DNA of 64,000 nt from Antechinus flavipes (taxonomy: Eukaryota): assembly GCF_016432865.1 (NCBI RefSeq), contig NC_067401.1:277016001-277080000 (forward strand), read 5' to 3'. Both the position numbers and the translations under genes were made by a program. Shown here piece after piece: positions 62,516-64,000 of this stretch. Position 1 is the first letter of the stretch, and each line of letters opens with the position of its first letter. The notes beneath the pieces were generated by a model. The model ran no database searches. It was not told the origin of the DNA and worked only from the letters and a program-made list of their open reading frames with translations.

Positions 62516-63059
62516 TTACCCTTCAGGATTACTGATCTTATTTAGGATCCTCTCACTAACTGATCCCTCAGAGGACAACTGCTACCTGACAATAAAGGTT
62601 CTATATCCCTGTTCTTATTATATCTCATGGGTCTTTCTTCCTTTTAATAATCAGCCAATAGACACAATTAGCTCTTAGCAAAGGCTTTAACTAAGATTAC
62701 ATAGGAAAATCAGTAGCTTTAATATAGTTCACTCATAAACTCAGATAGTATTCTTGCACAAGTGTACATAGCTTCTTTGAGAATTCAAAGAGTATGGTAC
62801 TGAGACATATGAAGTCAAAGCCATCGATCTCTTTGGTTCTGCAGTAGTCTGATGTCCTTCTTCTTATCATAAACCCCTTGAGAAGCTCTCCTTTGGATGT
62901 AATGTCATTCAACTAGGCTCTCAACTGCTCAAGTCTTGATTTCAAATCAAATCAAATCCTAGCGTTAGAATACATAGCCATCTTCCTTCTCTTCTTTACC
63001 CTTCTTTCTTTCTTTTTACCTGGAGTATTATTAGTTCTTAGCACTGTGTCCGGCACTCA

Positions 63060-63330
63060 GTAAAGGAAAGGAAGAGAATAAGCATTTATGTGCTAGGCAT
63101 TGTGCTTTGTGCTTTAAAAATATCTCATCTAGAACTCACAATAACTTTGGGAGGTAAGTAATATTTTTATCCTCATTTTACATTTGAGGAAGCTGAGTCA
63201 GAAAGTACTTAAGTGATTTGGCTAGAATAATATAAATAGTAAGTGTCTGAGGTCAAACTTTAACTCAAGCCTTTCTCACTCCAGGCTTAGTGCTCTATCC
63301 ATGGTGCCACCAAAGTGTCTGCACATAATA
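63060..63330 (-). mobile_element. MIR SINE
   Basis: aataagcatttatgtgctaggcattgtgc...cctcattttacatttgaggaagctgag...gtgtctgaggtcaaac...ctccaggcttagtgctctatccatgg. Confidence 0.8.
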
Positions 63331-64000
63331 AGCCCTAAATACATTCTTATCAGCTTGACTTGACTCTTATTGAATTTTTAGGTAACAATTCCAGTGAATA
63401 AACAATGATTAGCCATGCCTTCACCTGACCTGTAAAAGACACAGGTAGTCCAAGTTAGTGGAGGAGTGGAGCATTTTGATTGTGACCCAAGAAAGGGATG
63501 AAAGGATTTATCTTTCCTTTTACCTCTACCCCTAGTTCTTGCCTATCTTGTCCTCTCCTCTTCTATTTTTTCCTCCTCTTCTTCTTCCCTTCGCTTCTCT
63601 TTCCCTTTGCATTTTATCTTATTTTCCTTCACCATTAAGTCAAAAAACTGGGCAGAGCTCTGCCATTATTTTACCTATACACTTTTCTTTTAATTCCTTC
63701 TTACATTAGGAAGTATCAAATCTTTCTATTTACTAACATCCACTTTACAAAATGAGAAGATAACTATGAATTTAAAACATGGTCTGAGTGAGTTAACAGC
63801 TGAAAATAATGTGTGTATAATTATATACTGTCAACTCTTTATCTGGAGGAGGTTTATCTAGTTTGCATATTAATCAAGTTCAAATAATTCCATTTTCCTT
63901 CTCCAAGTAGCAGAGAATTATTAAGGATTATATAACATGGCAAATGGACAGGGAGACTTGAGATGAAGTACAGGACAAAAAGATAGTAAGATGAAGGGAG

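Noticed and set aside
62770-62930. Coding-looking stretch on both strands (e.g. EFKEYGTETYEVKAIDLFGSAVV)
   Set aside because: In-frame stops bound it closely in each frame examined and I cannot identify a parent gene for a pseudogene call.

Overview
AT-rich (roughly one-third GC by eye), CpG-poor, repeat-dense mammalian DNA with two assembly gaps (1128-1271, 20388-20611). The repeat set points to a marsupial, most likely a dasyurid such as the Tasmanian devil (inference). It includes CORE-SINEs of MIR, MAR1 and WSINE1 type, L2, CR1/L3, RTE, old and young marsupial L1, ERV LTRs and hAT MITEs. I recognise no host protein-coding gene, tRNA/rRNA gene, CpG island or CRISPR array. Almost every ORF in the supplied track is L1 ORF1/ORF2 debris or a translated microsatellite, so the window is probably intronic or intergenic. 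The most notable structures are: (1) an ERV LTR followed by exactly one 18-nt tRNA-Lys primer-binding site and nothing else, inserted in a SINE tail, which matches the layout of plus-strand strong-stop DNA; (2) a rearranged L1 with ORF1 fused to RT and two inverted endonuclease fragments inside it; (3) an internal L1 ORF2 fragment with its own target-site duplication; (4) a solo LTR with ~23-bp tandem repeats built on the CORE-SINE motif, plus a G4 tract; (5) several short local duplications; (6) a motif-dense candidate enhancer near 13.1-13.25 kb. Boundaries of old repeats are approximate and family names come from recalled consensus features, not a database search.
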